Sequence record: PZ154896.1
Origin: a phage
Reading direction: 5' to 3' (one strand)
Length of the DNA: 64,000 nucleotides
The notes beneath the pieces were generated by a model, which was not told the DNA's origin, ran no database searches, and saw nothing but the letters and a program-made list of their open reading frames with translations. The translations under genes and the position numbers were made by a program. Shown here one piece after another: positions 8,800 through 18,124 of the stretch. Position 1 is the stretch's first letter. Every line of letters starts with the position of its first letter.

Positions 8800-10616
8800 T
8801 AGGACATCCATTCTTTACGAAGTTCAGAATCATCACCCAACAACATTTCAAAGAGTTCTTTCCAATTTTCAGGAAGTTTAACTACGTCGTACACAGGGTT
8901 CTGAATCATTTCACGATATTCTGACTTTTCAAGGGAGCCCAATCCCTTGATGTATCGAATACTATGCTTAGGAAGTGTATCTTTAGCTTCTTCATACTCA
9001 GCTACAGTATAAAACCATTTTTGAGTTTTGCCAATTTGTGCAATAATTACAGGCGTTTTAACAAAGCGAATACGTCCTTGTTCAAACAATTCAGGCCAAT
9101 TACTAAAGAAAGCAAGCAAAGCCGGATAAATACTTCCAAGACCGTCATGATCGGCATCGGTCATAATTGCAATATTACGATAGTTCGTATTCTCTGCCTT
9201 TTCACCAAGAATAAGACCTGTGATAGCACAGATATCGAAGAGCTCTTTGTTCTTCATCATATCAGCATATGACATACCCCAGCTATTCATCACCTTACCA
9301 CGTAATGGGAATCCGCCGTGTAGTTCACGGTCACGAACATCAATGAGATAACCAATTGCCGAATCACCTTCTGTTAAAAACAATGTCGTATCTGCATCTT
9401 TACCACATTGGTTAGCTTTAATATGCTTATGAACCTTAGCTTTAGTTGCCTTTTTAGCTGCTTTAGTTTCTGCGGCCTTTTCTGCTGCCAATTTACGAGC
9501 TAATGCGGCTTCAACAATAGGCATAATCAAGGCTTCGTTTTTAAGAAGTGCCTGAGCAATTTTCTTAGCATCCAATTGGATATGATTACGAATATCACCA
9601 TACGTTGACGTTAAACGTTCTTTAGTCTGAGAATCAAAACGCATGTTGCTCATGTCTCTAATAAACATCAACATTGTGAGACATTCTTTAACACGAGCTT
9701 TAGTGACTTCAATACCCTTATATTTCTTTTTAATGCCGGGCAAAAGATGTTCGCAGATATCATCCATTACACATTCAACATGATGACCACCATTTTTAGT
9801 ATGGATGTTATTCACATAAGTTAAATGACGGAAGCCGTCTGGTGATGTTGTGAATGCTATAGAGACTTTATCATTTTCTTGAATGATGTTATCTTCACCA
9901 AATTGTTTAGCAAATCGTTTAAAATTACCATCAACCTTTTTACCATTAAATGTGAACTTGATATCAGGATAAACGACTGCCAATGTTTGAAGTCGGTCTA
10001 AAGTAATATCTAAATAAATTTGAGATAAATTATGCTCTTCAAATGAAGAGAAATCAGGAGTGAAGATTACTTTAGTGCCTTTACCTTTAGATTTCTTAGA
10101 AGACCATGATTTGTTTTCCATTCCGTTTGAACAGTTAACAGTGATTTCATTTTCGCCATCTGACGTGATGCCTGTAAACAACGTAGAGAAGATATTAGTT
10201 AAACTACTCCCGACGCCGTTCATACCACCAGTCTTACGTTCAGAGTCATCACCAAAGTTACCACCAGCCTTTGGAATAGTCCAGGCTGCTACAGGCCCAG
10301 GAATTTGTTCACCTGTTTGGTCGGTAACTAAACCTTGAGGAATACCACGTCCGTTATCTTCCACTGAGACTTGATTATTTTTAATTTGCACATCAATTTT
10401 ATTTGCAAACTTAAATGATGTACGAATAGCTTCATCAACCGAGTTGTCAATAATCTCATCGATTAATTTAACCAGACCAGGAACATATTCAACTTGTTGA
10501 TATTTACCAAACAAAAAACGCTCGTGGGCTTCTTTAGCCGAAGAACCAATATACATGCCACTGCGTTTCTTAATATGTTCTACATCTGACAATACCTTAA
10601 TTTCATTTTTAATCAT
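8799..10616 (-). CDS. 39: DNA topoisomerase II large (ATPase) subunit, single 605-aa form
   Basis: MIKNEIKVLSDVEHIKKRSGMYIGSS...GyrB-like; length matches T4 gp39 plus gp60 fused. Confidence 0.95.
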   Translation of the reverse strand: MIKNEIKVLSDVEHIKKRSGMYIGSSAKEAHERFLFGKYQQVEYVPGLVKLIDEIIDNSVDEAIRTSFKFANKIDVQIKNNQVSVEDNGRGIPQGLVTDQTGEQIPGPVAAWTIPKAGGNFGDDSERKTGGMNGVGSSLTNIFSTLFTGITSDGENEITVNCSNGMENKSWSSKKSKGKGTKVIFTPDFSSFEEHNLSQIYLDITLDRLQTLAVVYPDIKFTFNGKKVDGNFKRFAKQFGEDNIIQENDKVSIAFTTSPDGFRHLTYVNNIHTKNGGHHVECVMDDICEHLLPGIKKKYKGIEVTKARVKECLTMLMFIRDMSNMRFDSQTKERLTSTYGDIRNHIQLDAKKIAQALLKNEALIMPIVEAALARKLAAEKAAETKAAKKATKAKVHKHIKANQCGKDADTTLFLTEGDSAIGYLIDVRDRELHGGFPLRGKVMNSWGMSYADMMKNKELFDICAITGLILGEKAENTNYRNIAIMTDADHDGLGSIYPALLAFFSNWPELFEQGRIRFVKTPVIIAQIGKTQKWFYTVAEYEEAKDTLPKHSIRYIKGLGSLEKSEYREMIQNPVYDVVKLPENWKELFEMLLGDDSELRKEWMS

Positions 10617-10638
10617 GTTGTCTCCTCGTTATGAAGGT

Positions 10639-10663
10639 ATTCTATCATCCGAAATCTAAAGCA
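10639..10663 (-). promoter_or_regulatory. Candidate MotA-dependent middle promoter for gene 39 (TGCTTTA, 12 nt, TAGAAT)
   Basis: MotA-box-like motif at proper spacing from a -10; overlaps terminator T-run. Confidence 0.35.
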
Positions 10664-10680
10664 AAAAGGGCCGAAGCCCT
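10660..10680 (-). terminator. Rho-independent terminator (gggc-cgaa-gccc plus T-run)
   Basis: Seen in sequence downstream of the 141-aa gene. Confidence 0.5.
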
Positions 10681-11105
10681 TATTTAAATTTAATTTTCTG
10701 AAGTGCATCAATTGCAGCCAAACGCCCTTGTTCACTTTTAACTGTAATGACCACATCACCTGATACGATCACCGAACCATCAACAAATTCTACAGAGCCT
10801 TTTTTGAAATCGACAGATGTATCTGGTTCCGGAACTTCTTCAAAGAATTTAAATTCTGCACCATAAAGCAGAATATCACCTTGCATACTATGAATAGTTC
10901 GGCCATAATCACCTACGGCTTCTACAGCAATCACCGAAACGCCGTAACCAATCATCTCTTCCACAATAAAATCTTTGGACAATAAAGTAGTATGCAGATT
11001 AGTATTAAGACGTTTACCAGTCGTATTAAGAATTCTCAAGAAATTATCTTCCTGACCTTTGATAATACGATATTTCTTACCAACTTCAAAACCTTTAAAA
11101 GCCAT
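10680..11105 (-). CDS. Hypothetical protein (141 aa; goF/comC-alpha position)
   Basis: ORF track; naming positional only. Confidence 0.5.
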   Translation of the reverse strand: MAFKGFEVGKKYRIIKGQEDNFLRILNTTGKRLNTNLHTTLLSKDFIVEEMIGYGVSVIAVEAVGDYGRTIHSMQGDILLYGAEFKFFEEVPEPDTSVDFKKGSVEFVDGSVIVSGDVVITVKSEQGRLAAIDALQKIKFK

Positions 11106-11107
11106 AA

Positions 11108-11287
11108 TTAACCCTTCTTAAGTAAGTCGTAAAAACCACCGTTCACATGTTTAGGAGCAGAAACCCGACGAGTAGACAGACGATGACATTCAGGGCAAAC
11201 ATCGTTTTCTCGTTCAGAAATTCTTTTAATTTTTTCATATTCATGACCGCAATCTTCAGATTGACATTTATAGTCGTATAACGGCAT
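11108..11287 (-). CDS. Zinc-ribbon protein (59 aa, FmdB-like CxxC...CxxC)
   Basis: Hand-translated MPLYDYKCQSEDCGHEYEKIKRISERENDVCPECHRLSTRRVSAPKHVNGGFYDLLKKG; AAGGA RBS. Confidence 0.5.
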   Translation of the reverse strand: MPLYDYKCQSEDCGHEYEKIKRISERENDVCPECHRLSTRRVSAPKHVNGGFYDLLKKG

Positions 11288-11289
11288 TA

Positions 11290-11700
11290 TTATTCCTTAA
11301 AATGTGCTTTCAACATTTGATACAAAGACCATGCCTGGTCGTTATTTTCGATAGTAATCGTCATCACCGGAAATTCAGACAATTCGTCAAGATCATCAGA
11401 ATCTTGCTCTTCGGACGCTAGATATGGATTTTCAACTTCGTCAAAGAACTCTGCTTCATTCGTGGAGAGCCAGATAAAGTTTTCATCAAGGATATCACCG
11501 CCTGTTGCGTATCCAACCGTGCCAGTAGATGTCACAATTTTAGTAGGACGACCAAGATGGTCAACATCTAATACTTTAAATGGTTCCATGCCAAGCCGTC
11601 GTGCATAAATCCCATTATCAGTGTGGTCTTTAATAAACTCTTCTTGGGCACGTTTATCTATAAATTGGTACCATGAGTTAACGCGGAATTTATTAGCCAT
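11290..11700 (-). CDS. Hypothetical acidic protein (~136 aa)
   Basis: ORF track; start placed at MANKF where ATG overlaps upstream stop (TAATG). Confidence 0.5.
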   Translation of the reverse strand: MANKFRVNSWYQFIDKRAQEEFIKDHTDNGIYARRLGMEPFKVLDVDHLGRPTKIVTSTGTVGYATGGDILDENFIWLSTNEAEFFDEVENPYLASEEQDSDDLDELSEFPVMTITIENNDQAWSLYQMLKAHFKE

Positions 11701-11927
11701 TAGTAAGTTTCCTTCCAATAAGTTGTACCGTTTTCAGTGATTTCACGGAAGATACCATAGATAGGCATTTCATCGCCTAGTTTTTCGTAAACGTAAACCA
11801 CTTCGGTGTAGCATAAAAATTCGGTCCAGTTTTTCTGTACAACAACTAAATCAGGATTAAACAGAACATCTTCAAACTCATCGATGTTTGAATCAGTAGT
11901 TACGTTTTTAATGATTTGACGTTTCAT
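11700..11927 (-). CDS. Hypothetical protein (~75 aa)
   Basis: ORF track trimmed to MKRQIIKN start with AGGAG RBS. Confidence 0.5.
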   Translation of the reverse strand: MKRQIIKNVTTDSNIDEFEDVLFNPDLVVVQKNWTEFLCYTEVVYVYEKLGDEMPIYGIFREITENGTTYWKETY

Positions 11928-11955
11928 AATATTCTCCTCTTGTTTTGATAGGTCT

Positions 11956-11985
11956 ATAGTATCATAGACCATAGTTGTTGTACAT
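11956..11985 (-). promoter_or_regulatory. Early promoter cassette (ATGTAC, 18 nt, TGaTACTAT; hairpin ggtctat/atagacc)
   Basis: Sequence pattern; conserved RBS tatcaaaacaagaggagaa follows. Confidence 0.5.
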
Positions 11986-12509
11986 CATTTTAGCAAAATA
12001 AAATCAACTTGTTCTGCCAATGAACGTCTAAACATTAATTGACAACTTCCGAGGATGAAATCAGGTGCTTCATAGACCGCGATGTAGTATCCTTTAGCTT
12101 TCAAGAGTTCAACATCCACCTGGTCGTCAAACCAAGCGTAAACCGCGTCAACACTTTCAAATCCAAAATAGAACCCTTGGGCCCAATCTTCGCTCAATTC
12201 AAATGTGTGATCAATTCTATAGTATCTTAAGATATTTTGTTCAAGGAGTTTATCTTCATTTACTGTAGGACGATTAGGGACATTATAGTTGTCGCCGTGA
12301 TGGTAGAAGTTACCTGAGAGTATTCCATGCTTATCAAGGAACTCCCATGTTTCTTCAGAGTTGTCGGTGCCTGACCAACCGTATGGTGAGCGAGGTTCTT
12401 TATTCCAAGAGGTTTCCCAAATTCTGACGGCTTTACCGTCTTCGATAGCAATTCCTGGTAATGATTCACGTTGAGTACAAAAACTACGTTCTACGCGGTA
12501 AACTAACAT
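11985..12509 (-). CDS. Hypothetical protein (~174 aa)
   Basis: ORF track trimmed to MLVYRVER start with GAGGAG RBS. Confidence 0.55.
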   Translation of the reverse strand: MLVYRVERSFCTQRESLPGIAIEDGKAVRIWETSWNKEPRSPYGWSGTDNSEETWEFLDKHGILSGNFYHHGDNYNVPNRPTVNEDKLLEQNILRYYRIDHTFELSEDWAQGFYFGFESVDAVYAWFDDQVDVELLKAKGYYIAVYEAPDFILGSCQLMFRRSLAEQVDFILLK

Positions 12510-12535
12510 ATTATTCTCCTCTGGTTGGTATGGAT

Positions 12536-12564
12536 ATAATATCAAAACCAGAGGAGAAGTAAAC
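12536..12564 (-). promoter_or_regulatory. Early promoter cassette (GTTTAC, 17 nt, TGaTATTAT) inside 12-bp inverted repeat tctcctctggtt/aaccagaggaga
   Basis: Seen in sequence. Confidence 0.5.
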
Positions 12565-12568
12565 AACT

Positions 12569-12988
12569 TTATGCAAAAGATGCTGGACAATATTTTTTGA
12601 TTTGGAACTCAGGAACTACCATGAACTGTCCAGCGAAAACGATGTTATAAAGCTTAACACCATCTTCTACCCATTGGTCCGAAATAAAACCAGCAACTTG
12701 ATTCGTTGTCCATGGAGACCCGTCAGTTGCAGAAGCAATAGTAAATTCATGGTCTTTTACAACTAAAACAGACCTGCATAGTTTCCATTTGAACGCTTTT
12801 TCTTCTGGTTCAATGAATTGGCTTTTAACATAACCAATGTTACCATCGGCGTCACGAACTTTAACTTGGTTACGTCCAAAAACCGGATCACTCACATAAA
12901 GAACTTCAACCAACTTCCCGGCAACTTTAGAGCGAGAAGCAACAGATACATATACGTAATCACCTGTAGAGAGATTTACAATATTCAT
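12569..12988 (-). CDS. Paralog family member A (139 aa), conserved C-terminal FISDQWVEDG domain
   Basis: ORF track; shares N-terminal SRSKxAGxLVEV and C-terminal motif with next gene. Confidence 0.6.
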   Translation of the reverse strand: MNIVNLSTGDYVYVSVASRSKVAGKLVEVLYVSDPVFGRNQVKVRDADGNIGYVKSQFIEPEEKAFKWKLCRSVLVVKDHEFTIASATDGSPWTTNQVAGFISDQWVEDGVKLYNIVFAGQFMVVPEFQIKKYCPASFA

Positions 12989-12997
12989 AATAATTCC

Positions 12998-13495
12998 TTA
13001 AGCTTTAAGAGGAGACACATAGCGAGTGATTTCAGATTCTTTAACAACTCGGAAGTCACCTAAGAATACGATATTGTATAACTTTTCGCCATCTTCAACC
13101 CATTGGTCACTAATGAAGCCACACATGATATCAGTTTTGCTTGGATAACCGTATTCGTCGATGTAATCAAATTCTTTATCGGTTATAAATTCAACACCTT
13201 TACACAAGGCCCATTTGAACTGTACATTAGGCTCAACGATATCGCTTGAAGCAAAGTGTGCAGGTGCAACTTCTTCGCTTGAAGCAAATTGGACTCGTAT
13301 ATGTTTTTCCAGGAATTTAGGACTTACGTAAGCATACTGGGCATCTTGTCCGCCAAAACTGGGCATGATTCGAACTTTAACTTCTTTAACACGTCCCATG
13401 CCGTTAGTACGAAGCCCTGCTACTTCAACCAGACGACCTGCAGCTTTAGAACGAGAAGCAGGAGATACACGAAGGATTTCACCAATAGTAATCAT
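12998..13495 (-). CDS. Paralog family member B (~165 aa)
   Basis: ORF track trimmed to MITIGEIL start; motifs SRSKAAGRLVEV and FISDQWVEDGEKLYNIVF. Confidence 0.6.
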   Translation of the reverse strand: MITIGEILRVSPASRSKAAGRLVEVAGLRTNGMGRVKEVKVRIMPSFGGQDAQYAYVSPKFLEKHIRVQFASSEEVAPAHFASSDIVEPNVQFKWALCKGVEFITDKEFDYIDEYGYPSKTDIMCGFISDQWVEDGEKLYNIVFLGDFRVVKESEITRYVSPLKA

Positions 13496-13525
13496 ATTTT
13501 TTCTCTCTTTGTTTAAGTTGAATTC

Positions 13526-13555
13526 ATTATACTCCATCCATCCTTGGATGTACAA
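13526..13555 (-). promoter_or_regulatory. Early promoter cassette (TTGTAC, 18 nt, TATAAT; core attatactccatccatccttggatgtaca)
   Basis: Sequence pattern. Confidence 0.5.
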
Positions 13556-13557
13556 CA

Positions 13558-14052
13558 TTAATTTAGAATATTAACTACTGCACTACGTGGAACCACACTA
13601 AAATCACCGGCATGAACAACGTTCAGAAGTTCAACCCCATCTTCAATCCACTGGTCAGTTACCCAGCCACTTACCGGTCCAGCGAATGGTCGTCGAATTG
13701 AAACAGCTTTACACAACAAATCAGTAGGCTCAATAGGCTTAATCAGAGTACCGTACATACAAGCGATATCCATATCAAAGTGGAGACCATCTTTAACAGG
13801 TGCTTCTTCAATCAACAGTTCAAAGTCGGTGCTTGGAATGGCGGTAGTAGAAATTATACCGTATGAATTTTTAATTTCTAAGAATAACCAAGGGCCTTCA
13901 GCTTGTTTGATAAAGTTAACAATAGTGAAACTATTACCTTGAGTGGCACCTAAAATTTCACAAAACTTTTCGTAAGCTCGCACTGAAGCACCGTACCAGT
14001 TGATTTGTTTTTCGTCTTTCAGGATGTAAGTAGCCGTAGTATTGATATTCAT
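13558..14052 (-). CDS. Paralog family member C (164 aa), C-terminal WVTDQWIEDG domain
   Basis: ORF track; C-terminal domain homologous to A and B. Confidence 0.6.
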   Translation of the reverse strand: MNINTTATYILKDEKQINWYGASVRAYEKFCEILGATQGNSFTIVNFIKQAEGPWLFLEIKNSYGIISTTAIPSTDFELLIEEAPVKDGLHFDMDIACMYGTLIKPIEPTDLLCKAVSIRRPFAGPVSGWVTDQWIEDGVELLNVVHAGDFSVVPRSAVVNILN

Positions 14053-14083
14053 AATGTTTTTCCTGTTTGGTTAAGATAGAAAG

Positions 14084-14113
14084 ATTATACTCCAACCGTC
14101 CTTGGTTGTAAAC
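14084..14113 (-). promoter_or_regulatory. Early promoter cassette (GTTTAC, 18 nt, TATAAT; core attatactccaaccgtccttggttgtaaac)
   Basis: Sequence pattern. Confidence 0.5.
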
Positions 14114-14118
14114 TGGTT

Positions 14119-14796
14119 TTATCGCTGTTTTACACTTAACGGGTCAGGATTCTCAGGGACATCTTCAAGGCCAAGCGCATAACGCTGAGCATATTTTAAC
14201 ATCAAAATATCTTTAGCACAATCATGAATACTATCATGGGCAACGAATCCTTTTAGCGTACCCATCGGTAATGGACACATACTTAATCCTCGTGTCAACG
14301 AGTAAGCTTCGATTGCAGTACGAATATCGCGTTGAGCCCAGAATTTAACCGGTTCTAATTTATCAGTATCAATATCTGGTTCAAGAACACCTTCATCACG
14401 ATAGAGGTCACGAATCAAATCGACCAAGATCGGGAAGTCAAAGCTCATACCACGGCACCACATCTGTGATTTCCATTGGTCAACTTTATTAGCTCGGCAA
14501 TAATCTAAAAAGATTTTAATGCCTTCAAGCGTAGTGACATCGTCTTCAGACGGAGCCAAGTTTTTACGTGCTTCAGCCGATTGTTCTTTCCACCATTTCA
14601 TAGTGGATTTAGCGAAAACTCGCTTCCCTTTCTGAGAAGCTAAATTAAATTTAATTCGCTTACCTCGTTGAACAAGTTCTTCAAATGATTCAACAACTTC
14701 AGGGTCGGAATTATATGCAATAACCGCAAGGTCAATAACAGCCGCTTTTGATGTATTGCCGAATGTTTCAAAATCTATAATAACATCAGTGCTCAT
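14119..14796 (-). CDS. dexA: Exonuclease A (DexA, 3'-5' exonuclease)
   Basis: 225 aa; MSTDVIIDFETFGN... DnaQ-like; position immediately downstream of dda as in T4. Confidence 0.75.
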   Translation of the reverse strand: MSTDVIIDFETFGNTSKAAVIDLAVIAYNSDPEVVESFEELVQRGKRIKFNLASQKGKRVFAKSTMKWWKEQSAEARKNLAPSEDDVTTLEGIKIFLDYCRANKVDQWKSQMWCRGMSFDFPILVDLIRDLYRDEGVLEPDIDTDKLEPVKFWAQRDIRTAIEAYSLTRGLSMCPLPMGTLKGFVAHDSIHDCAKDILMLKYAQRYALGLEDVPENPDPLSVKQR

Positions 14797-14805
14797 AATT
14801 TTCTC

Positions 14806-16119
14806 TCAAATAAAATGGACGTCAAAACGACCACGAGTTGTGCCGACATACAATAACTGTTTAGCTAATTCTGAATCGGCATAATGGATGCACGGTGTAT
14901 AAACAAAGGCCGTGTCAACAGACATACCCTGGGCCTTATGGAAGGTTGATACTGGTAGTGCCTTCACCTTAGTGAACATACGTTTAGCATCCCAGAATTC
15001 GCTCCATGGAGCTTTACCACCTTTATTCCAAAATTTGTATGTTTCTGCGGTCTTAGCCAAAAACAAATTGAATTTATAAAGCTCTTCTTCAGAAGAAATA
15101 ACCTTTATATCTTCGCGGATGTATTCTTCATCATCCCCATATGTTTCTACTGTAAGATTCCAGTATCGTATCATATATTCGCCTGAAACACCACGTGCTT
15201 TAACGAATGTAGACGTTTCTACAGCATCTCGAATACGAACGAATTGACCGTTATTGAAAAGCATTTCGGTAATATTTTTACCATCTAGCTTATATGTCTT
15301 AGTAAACGGCTCTTGTAGAACAATGACTTCGTCTTTAATAAATGGTTTTTCTGTTTCAAGAAGTTTTCGGCGAATAATTGAATTTAACTTGTCCACCGAC
15401 TTATTTGTGAATGCCATCATTCGATTTTCGAAAAGGTCTTCAGGAGTTTTAACGACGTTAAAATAGTTCATCATATACGATTTAAGGTCTGTATATCCAT
15501 GAACGCCGTGCCCATCAACTACTTTATCGTAGATCCATTTGCCGTTACGAATATCAGTCGCAACATCAATAATTGGTGCATTGCTACGTTTAACTTCTGT
15601 AAGGTTGCATTGCACGAAGTCTTTGTGAGTGAAGAAAGGACTTAGATACGCAGTTGATTCGCCTGGGTCTACCGGACGAATCTGGCATCGGTCGCCGATT
15701 CCAATTACTGTACACCATTTAGGGATACTAGCTAACATTATTTTAAACAGAGAACGGTCGCACATTGACGCTTCATCAAATAACAGTACACGGCACAAGG
15801 CTAAGTCGGGAACCTTTTTCTGTTCAAACAATACGTTTTCTTCGTATGTAGTTGGGTTGATTTTAAGAATGCTATGAATAGTCGATGCTTCTTGACCCGC
15901 AAGTTTACTTAGAACCTTTTTAGCAGCATGTGTAGGGGCTGCTAAAATAATACCTGATTCTCCAGAAGAAATAAGGGCTTCAACGATGAATCTAGTAAGG
16001 GTTGTTTTACCTGTACCAGCAGGCCCATTAATAGTTACGTGATGTTTCTTTTCTTTAATAGCGGTCATAACAACGTTGAAGGCGTTTTTCTGGCCTTCAG
16101 TCAAATCATCAAATGTCAT
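14806..16119 (-). CDS. dda: Dda DNA helicase (SF1)
   Basis: 437 aa; MTFDDLTEGQKNAFNVVMTAIKEKKHHVTINGPAGTGKTTL... matches T4 Dda. Confidence 0.95.
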   Translation of the reverse strand: MTFDDLTEGQKNAFNVVMTAIKEKKHHVTINGPAGTGKTTLTRFIVEALISSGESGIILAAPTHAAKKVLSKLAGQEASTIHSILKINPTTYEENVLFEQKKVPDLALCRVLLFDEASMCDRSLFKIMLASIPKWCTVIGIGDRCQIRPVDPGESTAYLSPFFTHKDFVQCNLTEVKRSNAPIIDVATDIRNGKWIYDKVVDGHGVHGYTDLKSYMMNYFNVVKTPEDLFENRMMAFTNKSVDKLNSIIRRKLLETEKPFIKDEVIVLQEPFTKTYKLDGKNITEMLFNNGQFVRIRDAVETSTFVKARGVSGEYMIRYWNLTVETYGDDEEYIREDIKVISSEEELYKFNLFLAKTAETYKFWNKGGKAPWSEFWDAKRMFTKVKALPVSTFHKAQGMSVDTAFVYTPCIHYADSELAKQLLYVGTTRGRFDVHFI

Positions 16120-16427
16120 CGTAAAGTCCCTGCAATTGGAATACTAACAATACGGCCTGTGTCCAGGATTCGTTGATACAATCTTTGCGTCTCCGCATCT
16201 AGTTTAACGTGTTTCATTTCAAGCTTATTAAACCAGAACTTACGCGGAGTTTCGACCATTCTTAGAACTCCCATTTTTAAATCTGTTTTATACTGTGTTT
16301 TCAAAGTATCGAAAACTTTATCTGCAATATCCTTTCTAAAAAATACTGCAGGACGATGCTCATCAAGTGGAACCGGGACAGTAAATCCTTCCATATCTCG
16401 ATAAACTATTGCATATACATAAACCAT
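16116..16427 (-). CDS. Hypothetical protein (dda.1 position)
   Basis: ORF track 103 aa; stop overlaps dda start. Confidence 0.55.
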   Translation of the reverse strand: MVYVYAIVYRDMEGFTVPVPLDEHRPAVFFRKDIADKVFDTLKTQYKTDLKMGVLRMVETPRKFWFNKLEMKHVKLDAETQRLYQRILDTGRIVSIPIAGTLR

Positions 16428-16429
16428 AA

Positions 16430-17176
16430 TTAACCTTTAATCAGTTGGAATAATGATGCGCTAAGTGGTAAGCCACGTTTCAATTTTAATTTACCAATGA
16501 AACCAATCTTTTCAAAACGTTGCAGACCTTGGATAACTTTATCATATGTATCGAAAAGCGATTCAGCGTCAGTTAATTTAGTTTTAGTTTTCCAGTCAGA
16601 ACCTTTAAGAAGAACGTTGAGTTTAGTAAGTTCATGGCCTTCTGCTTGATGTGAGCCATTAATGCGTGCTTTCAAAGCAACAATTCTAAGTTTAGATTCG
16701 TTAGATAAAGGTTGATTTTTCATCATGTTCGCCATATGCTTAACACGATTTTCACGTTTTGCTCGGATTTTTAAAATAGTACCATAAACCTTTTTAATTT
16801 GGGCCCATTTCTTCTCGTCGAGATTAAGTTTCTCTACTTTACGAGCAGAAGGATTAGCGATACGTCTTGCAATGGCATCACGTTTCTCAATAAGTTCTTC
16901 TAATGTTAAATCAGAACGAGCTGTGTTATATTTTTTCTTAACTGGGATAACATTACCTTTAATGTAGCCGATATCGTTATTAAAACGTTCTAAGGATAAT
17001 TTCTCACCTTCAACAGAGTTATTGAAAGATTCACCTGAGTAAGCGCAGACCTTTTGATCAAGAATGTTTTTAAGGTAATTAAAATCTAAGTTAAAATCCT
17101 TAGAGCGTCTCTTCGCAGAAGCTCTGGTGTGGTCAAGACGACGATTGATTTTGTTAATTTTATTATTTGATAACAT
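16430..17176 (-). CDS. Basic protein in T4 srd position (Srd-like, positional)
   Basis: 248 aa; between dda.1-like and mod-like genes; contains degenerate HNH-like stretch CAYSGESF...NDIGYIKGNV. Confidence 0.45.
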   Translation of the reverse strand: MLSNNKINKINRRLDHTRASAKRRSKDFNLDFNYLKNILDQKVCAYSGESFNNSVEGEKLSLERFNNDIGYIKGNVIPVKKKYNTARSDLTLEELIEKRDAIARRIANPSARKVEKLNLDEKKWAQIKKVYGTILKIRAKRENRVKHMANMMKNQPLSNESKLRIVALKARINGSHQAEGHELTKLNVLLKGSDWKTKTKLTDAESLFDTYDKVIQGLQRFEKIGFIGKLKLKRGLPLSASLFQLIKG

Positions 17177-17225
17177 AATATTTTCCTCTGTCTTACGGAC
17201 GTTAGGTCATTTAGCTGATAGGTCT

Positions 17226-17254
17226 ATAATATCATGCCCTCAGGTAGTGTACAC
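17226..17254 (-). promoter_or_regulatory. Early promoter cassette (GTGTAC, 17 nt, TGaTATTAT; ggtctataatatcatg core)
   Basis: Sequence pattern. Confidence 0.5.
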
Positions 17255-17328
17255 TCTTTTTTCATAAAATGCTTTAATTTTTTATGTGTTATAATGGTTC
17301 TGAGTTCCATCCGGTTATTCCAATTCAG

Positions 17329-17937
17329 TCAGTAACTGACAATAGACAGATTCCAGATTGTATAACGTCCATCTTGAATAATAGAATCTACACGCAGTGT
17401 AGTCCCTATAGGGAGCATAAATTCACATTCGTCAGATATAAGTCTAGCATTAGACCGTCTTGTCGCTTCAGGGAAAGCTCCGTTGAACTCACAAGACGGT
17501 GCAGCCAGAATCATATTAAGCATATGTTCACGGAAGTTGAAAGCAAATGGTGCATCTTTGACGCAGAACATATTAAATGTTCCATAAAAATTATATGAAG
17601 CGAAGTTACGTGCTACACCAAACACCGGACTAAAGCTCATTACTCTGTCAAATTTAATAATACTACCAACGCCTTTATCATCGAGTGTGGCCATAGTTTT
17701 CTTAGAGATTCCACGATACATTGTCTCAGGAACAGAAGACGTCCAATTTCTACGAACAATTGCACTTAAATCTTGTTGGATGCTATCAGGCTTGTTTTCC
17801 ATACACTGCCACAGTACACTTTGTTCAATGTCGCTGAATTGACTATCAATTTCGTACTGCAATACATCTTGATATTCGGGGTTTTGAGCACGACGAACCA
17901 TTTCTTCAATTTCACATTCATTATACGGCATAAACAT
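17329..17937 (-). CDS. ADP-ribosyltransferase, ModA/ModB family
   Basis: 202 aa; candidate R-S-EXE motifs (YRGIS...SFSP...ECEF); position matches T4 modA/modB. Confidence 0.7.
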   Translation of the reverse strand: MFMPYNECEIEEMVRRAQNPEYQDVLQYEIDSQFSDIEQSVLWQCMENKPDSIQQDLSAIVRRNWTSSVPETMYRGISKKTMATLDDKGVGSIIKFDRVMSFSPVFGVARNFASYNFYGTFNMFCVKDAPFAFNFREHMLNMILAAPSCEFNGAFPEATRRSNARLISDECEFMLPIGTTLRVDSIIQDGRYTIWNLSIVSY

Positions 17938-17965
17938 TTAGGTTTCTCCTGTGGTTGATAAAAGT

Positions 17966-17995
17966 ATAGTATCATCGTCAGTAGAGTTTGTACAC
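17966..17995 (-). promoter_or_regulatory. Early promoter (GTGTAC, 18 nt, TGaTACTAT) for mod-like gene
   Basis: Sequence pattern. Confidence 0.5.
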
Positions 17996-18095
17996 TAAAA
18001 ATTCAACATTTTCAAATGAATGATTTTGTTAGGTATTCGCGTTCTTGAAGTTCAGATTGACATGTCATGATAGACCTCCATTTAAAGATAAGCCT

Positions 18096-18124
18096 ATCAT
18101 AACACGAGAGGAGGGAATGTAAAC
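18096..18124 (-). promoter_or_regulatory. Early promoter (GTTTAC, 17 nt, TGtTATGAT) upstream of an 18-codon mini-ORF
   Basis: Sequence pattern; GGAGG RBS and ATG follow. Confidence 0.4.

Noticed and set aside
8799-10616. Looked for a gene 60 split or translational-bypass element in the topoisomerase large subunit
   Set aside because: Gene 39 is one continuous 605-aa ORF; there is no separate gene 60 and no in-frame gap, so no bypass element is present.
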